Below are positions 16,272-25,156 of a stretch of 64,000 nt of DNA, one piece after another. The stretch comes from Rhizobium sp. Q54 (lineage in GTDB: Bacteria; Pseudomonadota; Alphaproteobacteria; SHVZ01), in assembly GCA_945871425.1 (NCBI GenBank), contig CAMBVS010000001.1, positions 16,303 through 80,302 of the forward strand, written 5' to 3'. How positions within the stretch are numbered: the stretch's first letter is position 1; each line of letters begins with the position of its first letter. A model generated the notes under the pieces. That model had not been told where the DNA came from, made no database searches, and saw nothing but the letters and a program-made list of their open reading frames with translations. Made by a program: the position numbers and the translations under genes.

Positions 16272-16545
16272 GGCCTCGCTTCGCTCGGAACTCAACGAGG
16301 CTCTCTGACGGCGGTCTGCTTCCGCGGTCTTGAAGCCTCGCTGTGCTCGGAACTCATGAGGCTCGCTTGATGCGTGCTGCTTCCGCCAAGGCTGACGTGC
16401 GCAAGAGCGCACTTGCGCCTTGGCTCCGCATCCCGCGCTCGCCCCCGAGCCCCGAGCGGGACGACGCGGCAGGTCGATCGCCTCTTGGCGATCGTACCGG
16501 GAGCGGCGGACCATCAAGCGAGGGTCCGTAAACTCTTCCGCGCTA
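16272..16545 (-). repeat. A-family modular intergenic repeat, copy A4 (inverted relative to A1-A3)
   Basis: The reverse complement aligns module by module with A3. The core hairpin is replaced by gatcgcc-tctt-ggcgatc (16476..16493), and the 'agcctcg...cgaggct' module is duplicated. Confidence 0.75.
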
Positions 16546-16558
16546 CCGAAAGCCCAGC

Positions 16559-17470
16559 TTGACCTACCAGCAACCGACGCACTCGAGACATCACGCGCTC
16601 ATCATCCTGGTCGTCCTCACCTTCATCTGGGGGCTGAACTGGCCGGGGATGAAGCTGGCGGTGATGGGCTTTCCGCCCTGGCATTTCCGCGCGGCCTGCG
16701 CCGCCTTCGGCATCGTCGCGCTGTTCACGCTGGCAAGATTGCAGGGCCACCGGCTGATGCCGCCGCCCGGGCTCTGGTGGTCGCTGGCGTTGGCGGGCGT
16801 GCTCAACGTCTCGGGCTGGCAGGTGTTCTCGGCAACCGCGCTGCAATACATGCCGTCCGGCCGGGGCGCGATCGTGGCCTACACCATGCCGCTGATGACG
16901 GCCGTGCTGTCGGTACCGCTCTTGGGCGAGCGGCTGACGCTGCGTGTGGTCGTGGCACTGGCGATGGGCATGGGCGGCATGGCGTTCCTGCTGCCGCCGG
17001 ACATCCTTTCGGCGCATGACGAGCAGATCCACGGCATCCTCTTGATGCTGGGCGCGGCGCTGTCCTGGGGACTCGGCACGATCTACCTCAAATATCTGAA
17101 GCTGCCGATGCCGACGACGGTGATCACCGCCTGGCTGTTCGTCTTCGCCCTGCCGCCGATGTTCATCGGCGCGATGTTCGAGCCCTGGCCGCCCGATCCG
17201 GCGCTCCTCACCTGGCCGGTGATACTGGGCGCGCTTTATGCGAGCACCATACCCGTCGCCTATGGCTACTGGGCGTGGTTCCGCCTGGTCGAGGTGATGC
17301 CGGTGACCGTCGCCTCCATCGCCAACCTGGCGACGCCGGTGGTCGGCGTGCTCGCCGGCGCGCTGATCCTCGGCGAAAGCATCGGCTGGCGCGAGGGTGC
17401 GTCGCTCGGCCTCGTTGTCCTGGCACTCGTCCTCGTCCTCTATAGGAAGCCCGCGCCGAAAGCTTCATAG
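16559..17470 (+). CDS. DMT-superfamily (EamA-like) transporter
   Basis: 303 aa with a TTG start, ten hydrophobic segments and a duplicated EamA-like organisation. Confidence 0.85.
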   Translation: MTYQQPTHSRHHALIILVVLTFIWGLNWPGMKLAVMGFPPWHFRAACAAFGIVALFTLARLQGHRLMPPPGLWWSLALAGVLNVSGWQVFSATALQYMPSGRGAIVAYTMPLMTAVLSVPLLGERLTLRVVVALAMGMGGMAFLLPPDILSAHDEQIHGILLMLGAALSWGLGTIYLKYLKLPMPTTVITAWLFVFALPPMFIGAMFEPWPPDPALLTWPVILGALYASTIPVAYGYWAWFRLVEVMPVTVASIANLATPVVGVLAGALILGESIGWREGASLGLVVLALVLVLYRKPAPKAS

Positions 17471-17471
17471 A

Positions 17472-17628
17472 ACCCTCTCCTGCGTCGTACGCGGGGAGGG
17501 CAGGGTGGGGGCGAGCGCAAAGCGAGATCTTTCGCCGGCCGCTGCAAGAGCTTTATCCCACCGCCGCTCCTCGCTTACGCTCGGCTCTCACCCCATCCCT
17601 CCCCCGCGCTTCGCATGGGAGAGGGGGT
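17472..17628. repeat. B-family palindromic repeat, copy B2
   Basis: Outer arms are 'accctctcc' and 'ggagagggggt'. Inner arms are 'ggggagggcagggtggggg' and 'ctcaccccatccctcccc'. Confidence 0.65.
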
Positions 17629-17644
17629 CCAAGGAGTCAATCGC

Positions 17645-19225
17645 ATGCTGGTCGGTTACGTCAGCGACGAACGCTATGTTGCCATCGAAGGCGTCGCCTT
17701 CGAGTTCATTCGCGCCGGCGTCTCCGTCGCCGTGCACTCACGCGCGTCCGGCGCCGTCCATGCGGACATCGCGCCCGGCGAATACGAGGTCGTGCTGTCG
17801 AAGGAGGGCTTCGGCGCCAAGCGCGTGACCATGAACGCGGTGCGCGACGTGCCCTACCAGTTCCGGCTGCTGGCCGACCAGCTGCTGGGCTATCCCTGGC
17901 CGAAATATGTCCGTGCCGGCGAGCAGGCGGAATTCAGAGTGCACTCGCCCGAGGCCTACCACATGGAGCTCTGGCGCTATGGGCTGAAGAAGGAGAAGGT
18001 GCAGAGTCTCGGCTGGTGGGACGAGCACGGCCCCCGCGCCATGGTGCAGATCACGCCGGACGGCGACTACACCCAGACCGGCTGCCAGTGGAGCAAGACC
18101 GGATATGCCAGCCCGGGCTTCCGGCCCAAGGCGACGGCGCCGGAGAAGAGCGGGCTCTACTACTTCCATGCCTCGACCAAGTCCGGGAAGTTCTTCTCCT
18201 TCCCCTGGGTGGTGGCGCCGGCGAAGCCGACCGAGAAGATCTGCGTCTTGGCATCCAACATCACCTGGAACGTCTACAACGCCTTCGGCGGCCGCTCGAA
18301 CTACATCAACACCGACAAGCTGCCGCCGACGCCGACGGTGAATTCCCGCCAGGACCTGCAGCGCTACACCGCCGCGAATTTCCTCACATACCAGTCCGAG
18401 GTCTACGCGCCCCTGTCGTTCGACCGGCCGGAGCCGATCAACTTCGTGCCCGAGGACGAGACGCCGGAGAAGGTGATCGAGGGCAGGTCCGCCTGCCACA
18501 TCGCGCCGGCGGAATGGCGGCTGCTCGCCTGGCTCGAGCGCGAAGGCTTCGGCTACGACTTCTGGGCCGAGAGCCAGCTTCACGACGGCACGCTCGACCT
18601 CGATGCGTACACCGTGCTGATCCTCTCGACCCACCCGGAATACTGGTCCAGGGAGATGTACTTCAAGGTCAAGGCCTGGGTGCACGAGCGCGGCGGGCGG
18701 CTCCTCTATCTCGGCGGCAACGGCATCGACTGCGAGGTGACGTTCGAGGGCGACGCCGTGGTCTGCCACAACGGCGATGCGCGCCGCTTACGCGCGCCCG
18801 GCTCCTACACGCCGCGCTTTCGCGACCGCGTCGAGTGCCCGTCCCATCTCCTCGGCGTCGTCTTCGACTATGACGGCGCCATGACCGGCGCGCCCTACCG
18901 GGTGAAGGACGCCTCGCATTGGGTCTATGCCCACACCGGCCTCAAGGACGGCGACACCTTCGGCGAGAAGTCGCTGCACATGCGCTGCCCCGGCGGCGCG
19001 TCCGGCCACGAGACCGACAAGATGACGCCGTACACGCCCAAGGGCACGGTGCACCTCGCCAAGGGCCTCAACCCGGACAAGGGCGGCGCCGACATGATCC
19101 ACTACGAGACCAAGACCGGCGGCCAGGTCTTCTCGGCGGGATCGATCGCCTGGACCGCGTCGATCTTCGTCGACGATAAGGTGTCCAAGATCACCCGCAA
19201 CGTGATCGAGCGGTTCCTGAAGTAG
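17645..19225 (+). CDS. N,N-dimethylformamidase large-subunit-like protein (DUF6605-type)
   Basis: ATG 17645 follows 'aaggag'. The N-terminus 'MLVGYVSDERYV' and the 'ASNITWNVYNAFGG' and 'YLGGNG' segments match my memory of this family. Confidence 0.65.
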   Translation: MLVGYVSDERYVAIEGVAFEFIRAGVSVAVHSRASGAVHADIAPGEYEVVLSKEGFGAKRVTMNAVRDVPYQFRLLADQLLGYPWPKYVRAGEQAEFRVHSPEAYHMELWRYGLKKEKVQSLGWWDEHGPRAMVQITPDGDYTQTGCQWSKTGYASPGFRPKATAPEKSGLYYFHASTKSGKFFSFPWVVAPAKPTEKICVLASNITWNVYNAFGGRSNYINTDKLPPTPTVNSRQDLQRYTAANFLTYQSEVYAPLSFDRPEPINFVPEDETPEKVIEGRSACHIAPAEWRLLAWLEREGFGYDFWAESQLHDGTLDLDAYTVLILSTHPEYWSREMYFKVKAWVHERGGRLLYLGGNGIDCEVTFEGDAVVCHNGDARRLRAPGSYTPRFRDRVECPSHLLGVVFDYDGAMTGAPYRVKDASHWVYAHTGLKDGDTFGEKSLHMRCPGGASGHETDKMTPYTPKGTVHLAKGLNPDKGGADMIHYETKTGGQVFSAGSIAWTASIFVDDKVSKITRNVIERFLK

Positions 19226-19284
19226 GTTCCGATGCGCCGTCCCCCGCGCTAACCTCTCCACAGGGGAACCTCGGGGGATCGAAC

Positions 19285-20853
19285 ATGCGCGCCATCACCG
19301 CTGCCGTCGCCGTCACGCTGCTGGCGGCAACATCCGCGCTCGCCCAGCCGAAGGTGCTGCGCTATACGCCGGCCGCCGACCTGACCTCGCTGGATGCGCA
19401 GACCAACACCGCCTTGGTCACCGCGCAATACGGCATGATGGTCTACGACACGCTGTTCTCCTTCGACCTCGGCATGTTCCCGCGCCCCCAGATGGTGGCG
19501 GATCACACCGTCTCCGCCGACAAGCTCACCTATACCTTCAAGCTCCGCCCCGGGCTCAAATTCCATGACGGCCAGCCGGTGACCGCAGCCGACGTGGTGC
19601 CGTCGATCCGGCGCTGGATGAAGCGGGACGCTTTGGGCCGCCGCATGGAGGCGGCGATGGCCTCGTTCGAGGCGGACGGCGCCGACACGGTGAAGATGGT
19701 GTTCAAGACGCCCTTCCCCTTCGTCGAGATGGCGCTCGCCTGGAGCGGCTCGGGCATGGCGGCGATCTTGCGCAAGGCCGACGCCGAGACCGACCCGATG
19801 AAGCCGCTGACCAGCCATGTCGGCTCCGGTCCGTTCAAGTTCATGCGCGACGAATGGCGCACCGGCTCGATGGCGGCCTGGGAGAAGAACGCCGACTATG
19901 TGCCGCGCTCGGAGCCGCCCAACGGCCTCGCCGGCGGCAAGGTGGTGAAGCTCGACCGCGTCGAGCTGAAATACATCCCCGATGCAGGCACGCGGGCGAA
20001 CGCGCTGAAGGTCGGCGAGATCGACCTGATCGACCTGCTTCCGGTCGACCTGATCCCGGTCTTCAAGGGCGCCGCCAACGTCACCGTCGACAAGCTCTCG
20101 CCCTTCGGCGGCGAGGGCGTGATCCGCATGAACCAGCTGCAGCCGCCCTTCGACAGCCTGAAGGCCAGGCAGGCGCTGGCGCACACCATCGTCCAGTCGG
20201 AATACATGTCGGCCGCCTATGGCGATCCGCAATGGTGGGAGCCGAGCTGCTTCTCCTGGTTCGTCTGCAAGTCGGCCAACGGCACCGAGGCGGGATCCGA
20301 GCCCTACCGCACGCCCGACTACGGCCGCGCCCGCACGCTCCTCACCGAGTCCGGATACAAGGGCGAGCCGATCGTGATCATGACGGTCAGCGACGTGCCG
20401 TCGATCTACGCCATGGCCCAGGTGATGGCGGCGAACCTGCGCAAGATCGGCGCCACCGTCGATCTGCAAGTGGTCGACTTCGGTCAGCTCTTCGCCAGGC
20501 GCGAGAACAGGAAGACCCCGGCCGAGGGTGGCTGGCACCTGATCGTGCTGGGCTACAACGGCCAGTTCCTGCAGTCGCCGCTGACCAACCCGATCATCGA
20601 CTCCCGCTGCGGCGAGGCGATCTTCGGCTGGCCCTGCGACGAGGCGGTGGAGAAGCTCCGGACCGCCTATTTCAACGAGCCCGACCTGATCAAGCGGAAG
20701 GCGGTGCTGGAGGATCTCTCCAAGGCCGCCTGGGCCTCGCTGCCGAGCCTGCTCACCGGCATGTACTACAACGCCTATGCCTGGCGCGCCGAGGTGAAGG
20801 GCCTGCTCAAGTCGCCGCAACTGGTGTTCTGGAACGTCGAGAAGACGAAGTAG
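19285..20853 (+). CDS. ABC transporter substrate-binding protein, family 5 (peptide/nickel type)
   Basis: 522 aa with signal peptide 'MRAITAAVAVTLLAATSALAQ' and typical family-5 length and segments ('YTFKLRPGLKFHDG'). Confidence 0.85.
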   Translation: MRAITAAVAVTLLAATSALAQPKVLRYTPAADLTSLDAQTNTALVTAQYGMMVYDTLFSFDLGMFPRPQMVADHTVSADKLTYTFKLRPGLKFHDGQPVTAADVVPSIRRWMKRDALGRRMEAAMASFEADGADTVKMVFKTPFPFVEMALAWSGSGMAAILRKADAETDPMKPLTSHVGSGPFKFMRDEWRTGSMAAWEKNADYVPRSEPPNGLAGGKVVKLDRVELKYIPDAGTRANALKVGEIDLIDLLPVDLIPVFKGAANVTVDKLSPFGGEGVIRMNQLQPPFDSLKARQALAHTIVQSEYMSAAYGDPQWWEPSCFSWFVCKSANGTEAGSEPYRTPDYGRARTLLTESGYKGEPIVIMTVSDVPSIYAMAQVMAANLRKIGATVDLQVVDFGQLFARRENRKTPAEGGWHLIVLGYNGQFLQSPLTNPIIDSRCGEAIFGWPCDEAVEKLRTAYFNEPDLIKRKAVLEDLSKAAWASLPSLLTGMYYNAYAWRAEVKGLLKSPQLVFWNVEKTK

Positions 20854-20865
20854 GAGCGCGGGCCC

Positions 20866-21717
20866 CTACAGCTCCGTCATCCACTTGCGCACCGTCTCGA
20901 CCCAGGGGCTGCCGCGGCGGCCGTTGTCGAGGCTGATCTGGAAATGGTCGAAGTCCTCGAACACCTGGGACTCGACGCGCGTGCCGGCGGCCTTGAGGGC
21001 CTCGACCATCGGCGGCGCGGTTCGGAGGCAGTATTCGAGGTCCTTGCCGCCCCAGGTGATGTAGAAGGGCACCCGGTTGCCGGCGACGTGATTGATCGGG
21101 CTGATCTCGGCCGCGTCCTCGGGCTTTTCCAGCATCGCCTTGCCGCGCGCCTCCAGCTCGCCGACCTCGAACTTGTAGGAGCCGCTGACCGGGAAGCAGC
21201 CGAGAATAGTCTTCACCGGCACGCCGGCGGCGGCGAGCAGGTCGCGCCTGAGCGTCGCCAGCGCCGCCAGATGGGCGCCGGCCGAATGGCCGCCGATGAA
21301 CAGGCGGTCGGTGTCGCCGCCGAAGCGCGCGATGTTGCGGCGGACCCAGGCGAGCGCGGCGATGGTGTCGTCGAGATTGGCCGGATACTTGATGTCAGGC
21401 AGCAGGCGGTAGGAGACCGAGATGAAGATCGCCGGCAGGTCGGTGAATGCCGGGGCCATGAAGCCCATCCACTCCTTGTAGCCGTTCGACCAGCCGCCGC
21501 CGTGCAGGAACAGCAGCACCGGCAGGTCGCGCAGCGACTTGTCGGCCGGCAGGTAGACGTCGAGGCGCTGCCAGTAGTCGGGGCCATAGGCCTGGTCAAC
21601 CACGACCCGGCTGGTCTCGGCGACCTTCTTCGAGCGTTCCAGGATCTCCGCCGCATAGGCTTGGGCTGCCGGCCCCATCCGCTCCTGCGACTGCGGCGGC
21701 AGATTGTCGAAACCCAT
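20866..21717 (-). CDS. alpha/beta hydrolase (esterase/arylformamidase-like)
   Basis: I trimmed the 418-aa track ORF to ATG 21717 (MGFDNLPP...). Oxyanion 'HGGGW' and nucleophile 'GHSAGAH' are present. Confidence 0.78.
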   Translation of the reverse strand: MGFDNLPPQSQERMGPAAQAYAAEILERSKKVAETSRVVVDQAYGPDYWQRLDVYLPADKSLRDLPVLLFLHGGGWSNGYKEWMGFMAPAFTDLPAIFISVSYRLLPDIKYPANLDDTIAALAWVRRNIARFGGDTDRLFIGGHSAGAHLAALATLRRDLLAAAGVPVKTILGCFPVSGSYKFEVGELEARGKAMLEKPEDAAEISPINHVAGNRVPFYITWGGKDLEYCLRTAPPMVEALKAAGTRVESQVFEDFDHFQISLDNGRRGSPWVETVRKWMTEL

Positions 21718-21946
21718 GGCGAGACCCTCCGTTTGACGCGACCGCGTTCGCCACCGGCCCGGCACCCGCCACCCGGACCAGCCCAACCCGAGCCGGCGAG
21801 ATCGAAGGCCTTTGCGGCAAAGGCGGCGAGGACAGGCGCACGGACGACGCCGCAGCATTTGCCGCGTCGAGCCTGACGCTCGACCATAATTGATTAATCT
21901 TTTGCTGGGATAGTATTTAGTTCTTCGAGATGCGGGGTCCCGGCAT

Positions 21947-23164
21947 ATGACCGTTCCCATGCCTGTTGACGAGCCGTTGCGGCTCGAAGCGCTGCGCTCG
22001 CTGGAGGTGCTCGATACCTCGCAGGACCCTCGCTTCGATCGGTTCGTCCATCTCGCCGCGCAGATCCTGGATACGCCGATCGCGCTGGTTTCCCTGGTCG
22101 ATGCCAACCGGCAATGGTTCAAGGCAAGGATCGGACTGGACGTGACGGAGACGCCGCGGGATGTCGCCTTCTGCGCCCATGCGATTCTCTCGGATGCACC
22201 GATGGTCGTCGAGGATACGCTGCTCGATCCGCGGTTCTTCCGGAACCCGCTCGTTCAAGGGGCGCCGAACATCCGCTTCTACGCCGGGGCGCCGCTGACC
22301 TCCCGCGGCGGCTATCGCCTGGGAACGCTCTGCGCCATCGACACGCGGCCACGGCAGCCGACGCGCCCGCAGATCGCCGCCCTGCAGACGCTCGCATCGA
22401 TTGCCGCCGATGTCCTGTCCATGCACCAGGAGCTGAAGGCGGTGAACGTGCTGCTCTCGGACTCGCGGACCGAGGCGCGTGAACGCTCGCTGTTCGTCGC
22501 GAGCTTCAGCCACGAGCTGCGAACGCCGCTGAACCACATCGGCGGATTCTCGGAAATCATCGAGAACGACACCCAGGAGTCCCTGCCGCGCGCCAAATGC
22601 AGGGAGTACGCCTCGATCATCAGGCGGAGCGCGCAGCACTTGTTCCAGGTTATCGACGGCATCGTGCGCTTGGAAAAAGCGGCCTACGGAGCCGACGTCG
22701 GCGTCGGGCCGGTCGATGTCGACAATGCCGTCGGAGAGGTCGTGAGGTCGTTCGAGGCGATGGTCGCGAGCAAACGACAGCGGCTCGAATTCCGTCCGTC
22801 GGGGTGTGGTGCCCGGGTGCCTGCGGACGAGACGGCGCTGCGACAGATCGCCGTCAACCTGATCTCGAATGCCTGCAAGTACAGCCCCGAAGGAGCCGCG
22901 ATCACGGTCACCGCCTTCGCCCCCGGCCCGGATGACCGTTGCTTTCTCGAAGTCGCGGATTCCGGGCCCGGAATCGCCGACGATCTGTTGCGTCGGATCG
23001 GCGAGGCTTTTGTTCAGGACAAGAATCCGAAGCTGCACCATGGTGCCGGCATCGGTCTCGGCCTCCGCATCTCGATGCAGCTGGCGAAAGCCATGCACTG
23101 CGATCTGAAGATCACACGCGGCGCGCAGGGGGGAACCATCGCACGCCTGGAAAGGGCCCGTTGA
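21947..23164 (+). CDS. GAF-domain sensor histidine kinase (orphan)
   Basis: 405 aa. N-terminal GAF ('FCAHAIL...FYAGAPL'), H-box 'SHELRTPLN', and a C-terminal ATPase with 'DSGPGI' and 'GIGLGL'. No adjacent response regulator. Confidence 0.82.
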   Translation: MTVPMPVDEPLRLEALRSLEVLDTSQDPRFDRFVHLAAQILDTPIALVSLVDANRQWFKARIGLDVTETPRDVAFCAHAILSDAPMVVEDTLLDPRFFRNPLVQGAPNIRFYAGAPLTSRGGYRLGTLCAIDTRPRQPTRPQIAALQTLASIAADVLSMHQELKAVNVLLSDSRTEARERSLFVASFSHELRTPLNHIGGFSEIIENDTQESLPRAKCREYASIIRRSAQHLFQVIDGIVRLEKAAYGADVGVGPVDVDNAVGEVVRSFEAMVASKRQRLEFRPSGCGARVPADETALRQIAVNLISNACKYSPEGAAITVTAFAPGPDDRCFLEVADSGPGIADDLLRRIGEAFVQDKNPKLHHGAGIGLGLRISMQLAKAMHCDLKITRGAQGGTIARLERAR

Positions 23165-23361
23165 ACCGCCCTACCGGCGCGCGCCGCCGGTCGTGTCGCC
23201 CCTAGCCCCGCGCCGGCGGCCGCATCCGCTCCTGCGACCGCAGATTGCCGAACACCATGCTCGTCTCCCTGTCCGATGCGGACGAGCCTGAGATCCGAGC
23301 GGGTTGAAATCCAGGGAGCGGGCTGAGAGGGTGCAGGCCTCCCGTTCCGAGAGACAGCCAC

Positions 23362-24330
23362 ATGTCCTTCACCTTCGTCATGCTCCCGCCGCACAGCGAC
23401 GCCGCGCGCGGCTTCGCCCGGAAGCTCGCCCGCGATCTCCCGGAGATCAGGCTTCTCGCGCCGGAGAACCCGAACGAGGCGGCTGCCGCGATCGCCGAGG
23501 CCGACGGCGCCTTCGGCACGCCGACGCCGGCGCTGATCAAGGCGGCGACGAAGCTGCGCTGGCTGCAGGCGCCGGCCGCGGCGCCGCCGGCGGGGTTCTA
23601 CTTCCCCGAGCTGGTCCAGCACCCGGTGGTCGTCACCAACATGCGCGAGATCTACAACGACCATATCGGCGCCCATATCATGGCATTCGTGCTGGCTTTC
23701 GCCCGCGGGCTCCACGAATACGTCCCGCTTCAGCTCAAACGCCAATGGAAGCCGAGGCCGCTGGACACCGGTGTCGTCGACCTGCCGTCCTCGACCCTGC
23801 TGATCGCGGGCCTCGGCGGCATCGGCGCCGAGACGGCCAGGCTCGCGGCCGCCTTCGGCATGACGGTGATCGCGACCGACGCCCGCCGCACCGATACTCC
23901 GCCCGGCGTCGCCGGGCTGCATCCGGCAGGCGCTCTGGACACGCTTCTTCCGCGCGCCGACTTCGTCGTGCTCACCATCCCGCATACGCCGGCGACCGAA
24001 GGGCTGATGGACCGTGCGCGCTTTCGCCGCATGAAGCCGGGCGCGTTCTTCATCAACATCGGCCGCGGCATGACCACGCGCCTGGACGATCTCGTCGCCG
24101 CGCTGAAGGCCGGAGAGATCGCCGGCGCCGCTCTCGACGTGTTCGAGCAGGAGCCGCTGCCGGCCGGCCATCCGCTGTGGACATTGCCGAACGTGCTGAT
24201 CACCCCGCACACCGCCGGCTTCGGCCCGCATCTGGACGAGCGCCGCTACGAGATCATCCTCGCCAATGCACGCGCGATGCTGGCGGGAACGCCGCTCCGG
24301 AACGTCGTCGACAAGGCGAACTGGTTCTAG
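23362..24330 (+). CDS. D-isomer-specific 2-hydroxyacid dehydrogenase family protein
   Basis: 322 aa. NAD motif 'GLGGIGAETARL' and catalytic region 'NIGRG...DV...EPLP..HPLW...N...TPH'. Confidence 0.85.
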   Translation: MSFTFVMLPPHSDAARGFARKLARDLPEIRLLAPENPNEAAAAIAEADGAFGTPTPALIKAATKLRWLQAPAAAPPAGFYFPELVQHPVVVTNMREIYNDHIGAHIMAFVLAFARGLHEYVPLQLKRQWKPRPLDTGVVDLPSSTLLIAGLGGIGAETARLAAAFGMTVIATDARRTDTPPGVAGLHPAGALDTLLPRADFVVLTIPHTPATEGLMDRARFRRMKPGAFFINIGRGMTTRLDDLVAALKAGEIAGAALDVFEQEPLPAGHPLWTLPNVLITPHTAGFGPHLDERRYEIILANARAMLAGTPLRNVVDKANWF

Positions 24331-24520
24331 GCTGCCGGATATCTTTTGGGCGCGCCCCTTGCCGAACGAGGGCGGTGGCCCTATTTAGTGCCCATTGAGA
24401 TTCGGCCGAACGACTTGGCCCCGCCGCGATAGCGGCCCGACTGACGACCCTCCCAAATCTCGAGTTCACCCGCCGCGAGCGATCGCGGCTCTCTCTATAC
24501 TTGCTAAAGGACGACATCCC

Positions 24521-24730
24521 ATGACGACGGGAACTGTGAAGTGGTTCAATACCCAGAAGGGTTTCGGCTTCATTCAGCCGGAAACCGGCGATAAGGACGT
24601 CTTCGTCCATATCAGCGCGGTCGAGCGTGCGGGCCTCGGCTCCCTCAACGAGGGCCAGAAGGTGACGTTCGATATCGTCGCCGACAAGCGTTCCGGCAAA
24701 TCCTCCGCCGAGAACCTGCGCGCCGAATAG
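24521..24730 (+). CDS. cspA: cold-shock protein (CspA family)
   Basis: 69 aa, '[17 protein letters not shown]' (RNP1) and 'DVFVHIS' (RNP2). The track ORF starts too far upstream. Confidence 0.95.
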   Translation: MTTGTVKWFNTQKGFGFIQPETGDKDVFVHISAVERAGLGSLNEGQKVTFDIVADKRSGKSSAENLRAE

Positions 24731-24899
24731 GCGCCCTTAAGGGATCGCGACGCCCTGACCACGGATGTACTGGCAGGGCTGACGCGGTCTCAAAGGACGA
24801 TGGACCCGACGATCGCGCCCCCTGACCACGGATGTACTGGCAGGGACGGAGCGGTCGTCGAGTTCCGCAGCGCGGGCCGAAAGGCCCGCGTTTTCGTTT
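24731..24899 (+). ncRNA. candidate structured cspA 3' UTR or small RNA: two near-identical stem-loops plus an intrinsic terminator
   Basis: ~35-nt direct repeats at 24743..24778 and 24811..24845 each fold as CCCUG(A)CCA-CGGAUGUAC-UGGCAGGG. The terminator lies at 24871..24899. Confidence 0.35.
24871..24899 (+). terminator. rho-independent terminator
   Basis: 'cgcgggcc-gaaa-ggcccgcg' followed by 'ttttcgttt'. The T-tract is present only on the + strand. Confidence 0.8.
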
Positions 24900-24923
24900 A
24901 TGGTCATGATTAACGCCTGTTTT

Positions 24924-24952
24924 TTGCATCCGCCGTGCCTTGGCGATAAAAT
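24924..24952 (+). promoter_or_regulatory. sigma70-like promoter, apparently leaderless
   Basis: TTGCAT - 17 nt - TAAAAT. The ATG at 24959 begins 7 nt after the -10 element. Confidence 0.5.
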
Positions 24953-24958
24953 GCGCGC

Positions 24959-25147
24959 ATGAGCCCGATCGCCGCTTACGCCAGCGCCCCCCCGCCGCTC
25001 CAGCCGATCGCTCCCGTCGTGGGCCGTTCCGGCGGCGAGCAGAGCGAGGGCGGGCAGAGCCAGTTCCAGGCCTCCGACGTCCACTCCCATGGCGAGCTGG
25101 CGTCGACATGTCCGACCTGCGGACACAGCCTCAACCTTTCCGTCTGA
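24959..25147 (+). CDS. hypothetical small protein (62 aa) with C-terminal CxxC
   Basis: Third-position G/C is very high by eye. The stop lies 9 nt before the GTG of the next gene. 'CPTCGH' near the C-terminus. No family recognised. Confidence 0.45.
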   Translation: MSPIAAYASAPPPLQPIAPVVGRSGGEQSEGGQSQFQASDVHSHGELASTCPTCGHSLNLSV

Positions 25148-25156
25148 TCCCGCCTC

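Noticed and set aside
23240-23361. Riboswitch-like structured leader upstream of the 2-hydroxyacid dehydrogenase gene
   Set aside because: A stem (ctccctg...cagggag) and purine-rich segments are visible. I could not match them to the glycine, SAM-II, ZTP, fluoride or guanidine consensus from memory, so there is not enough to call. An Infernal/Rfam scan would settle it.
24743-24845. CRISPR-like direct repeats
   Set aside because: There are only two copies, each internally palindromic, with a 32-nt spacer. They lie directly between a gene and its terminator, and no cas genes are present. They fit RNA stem-loops better.
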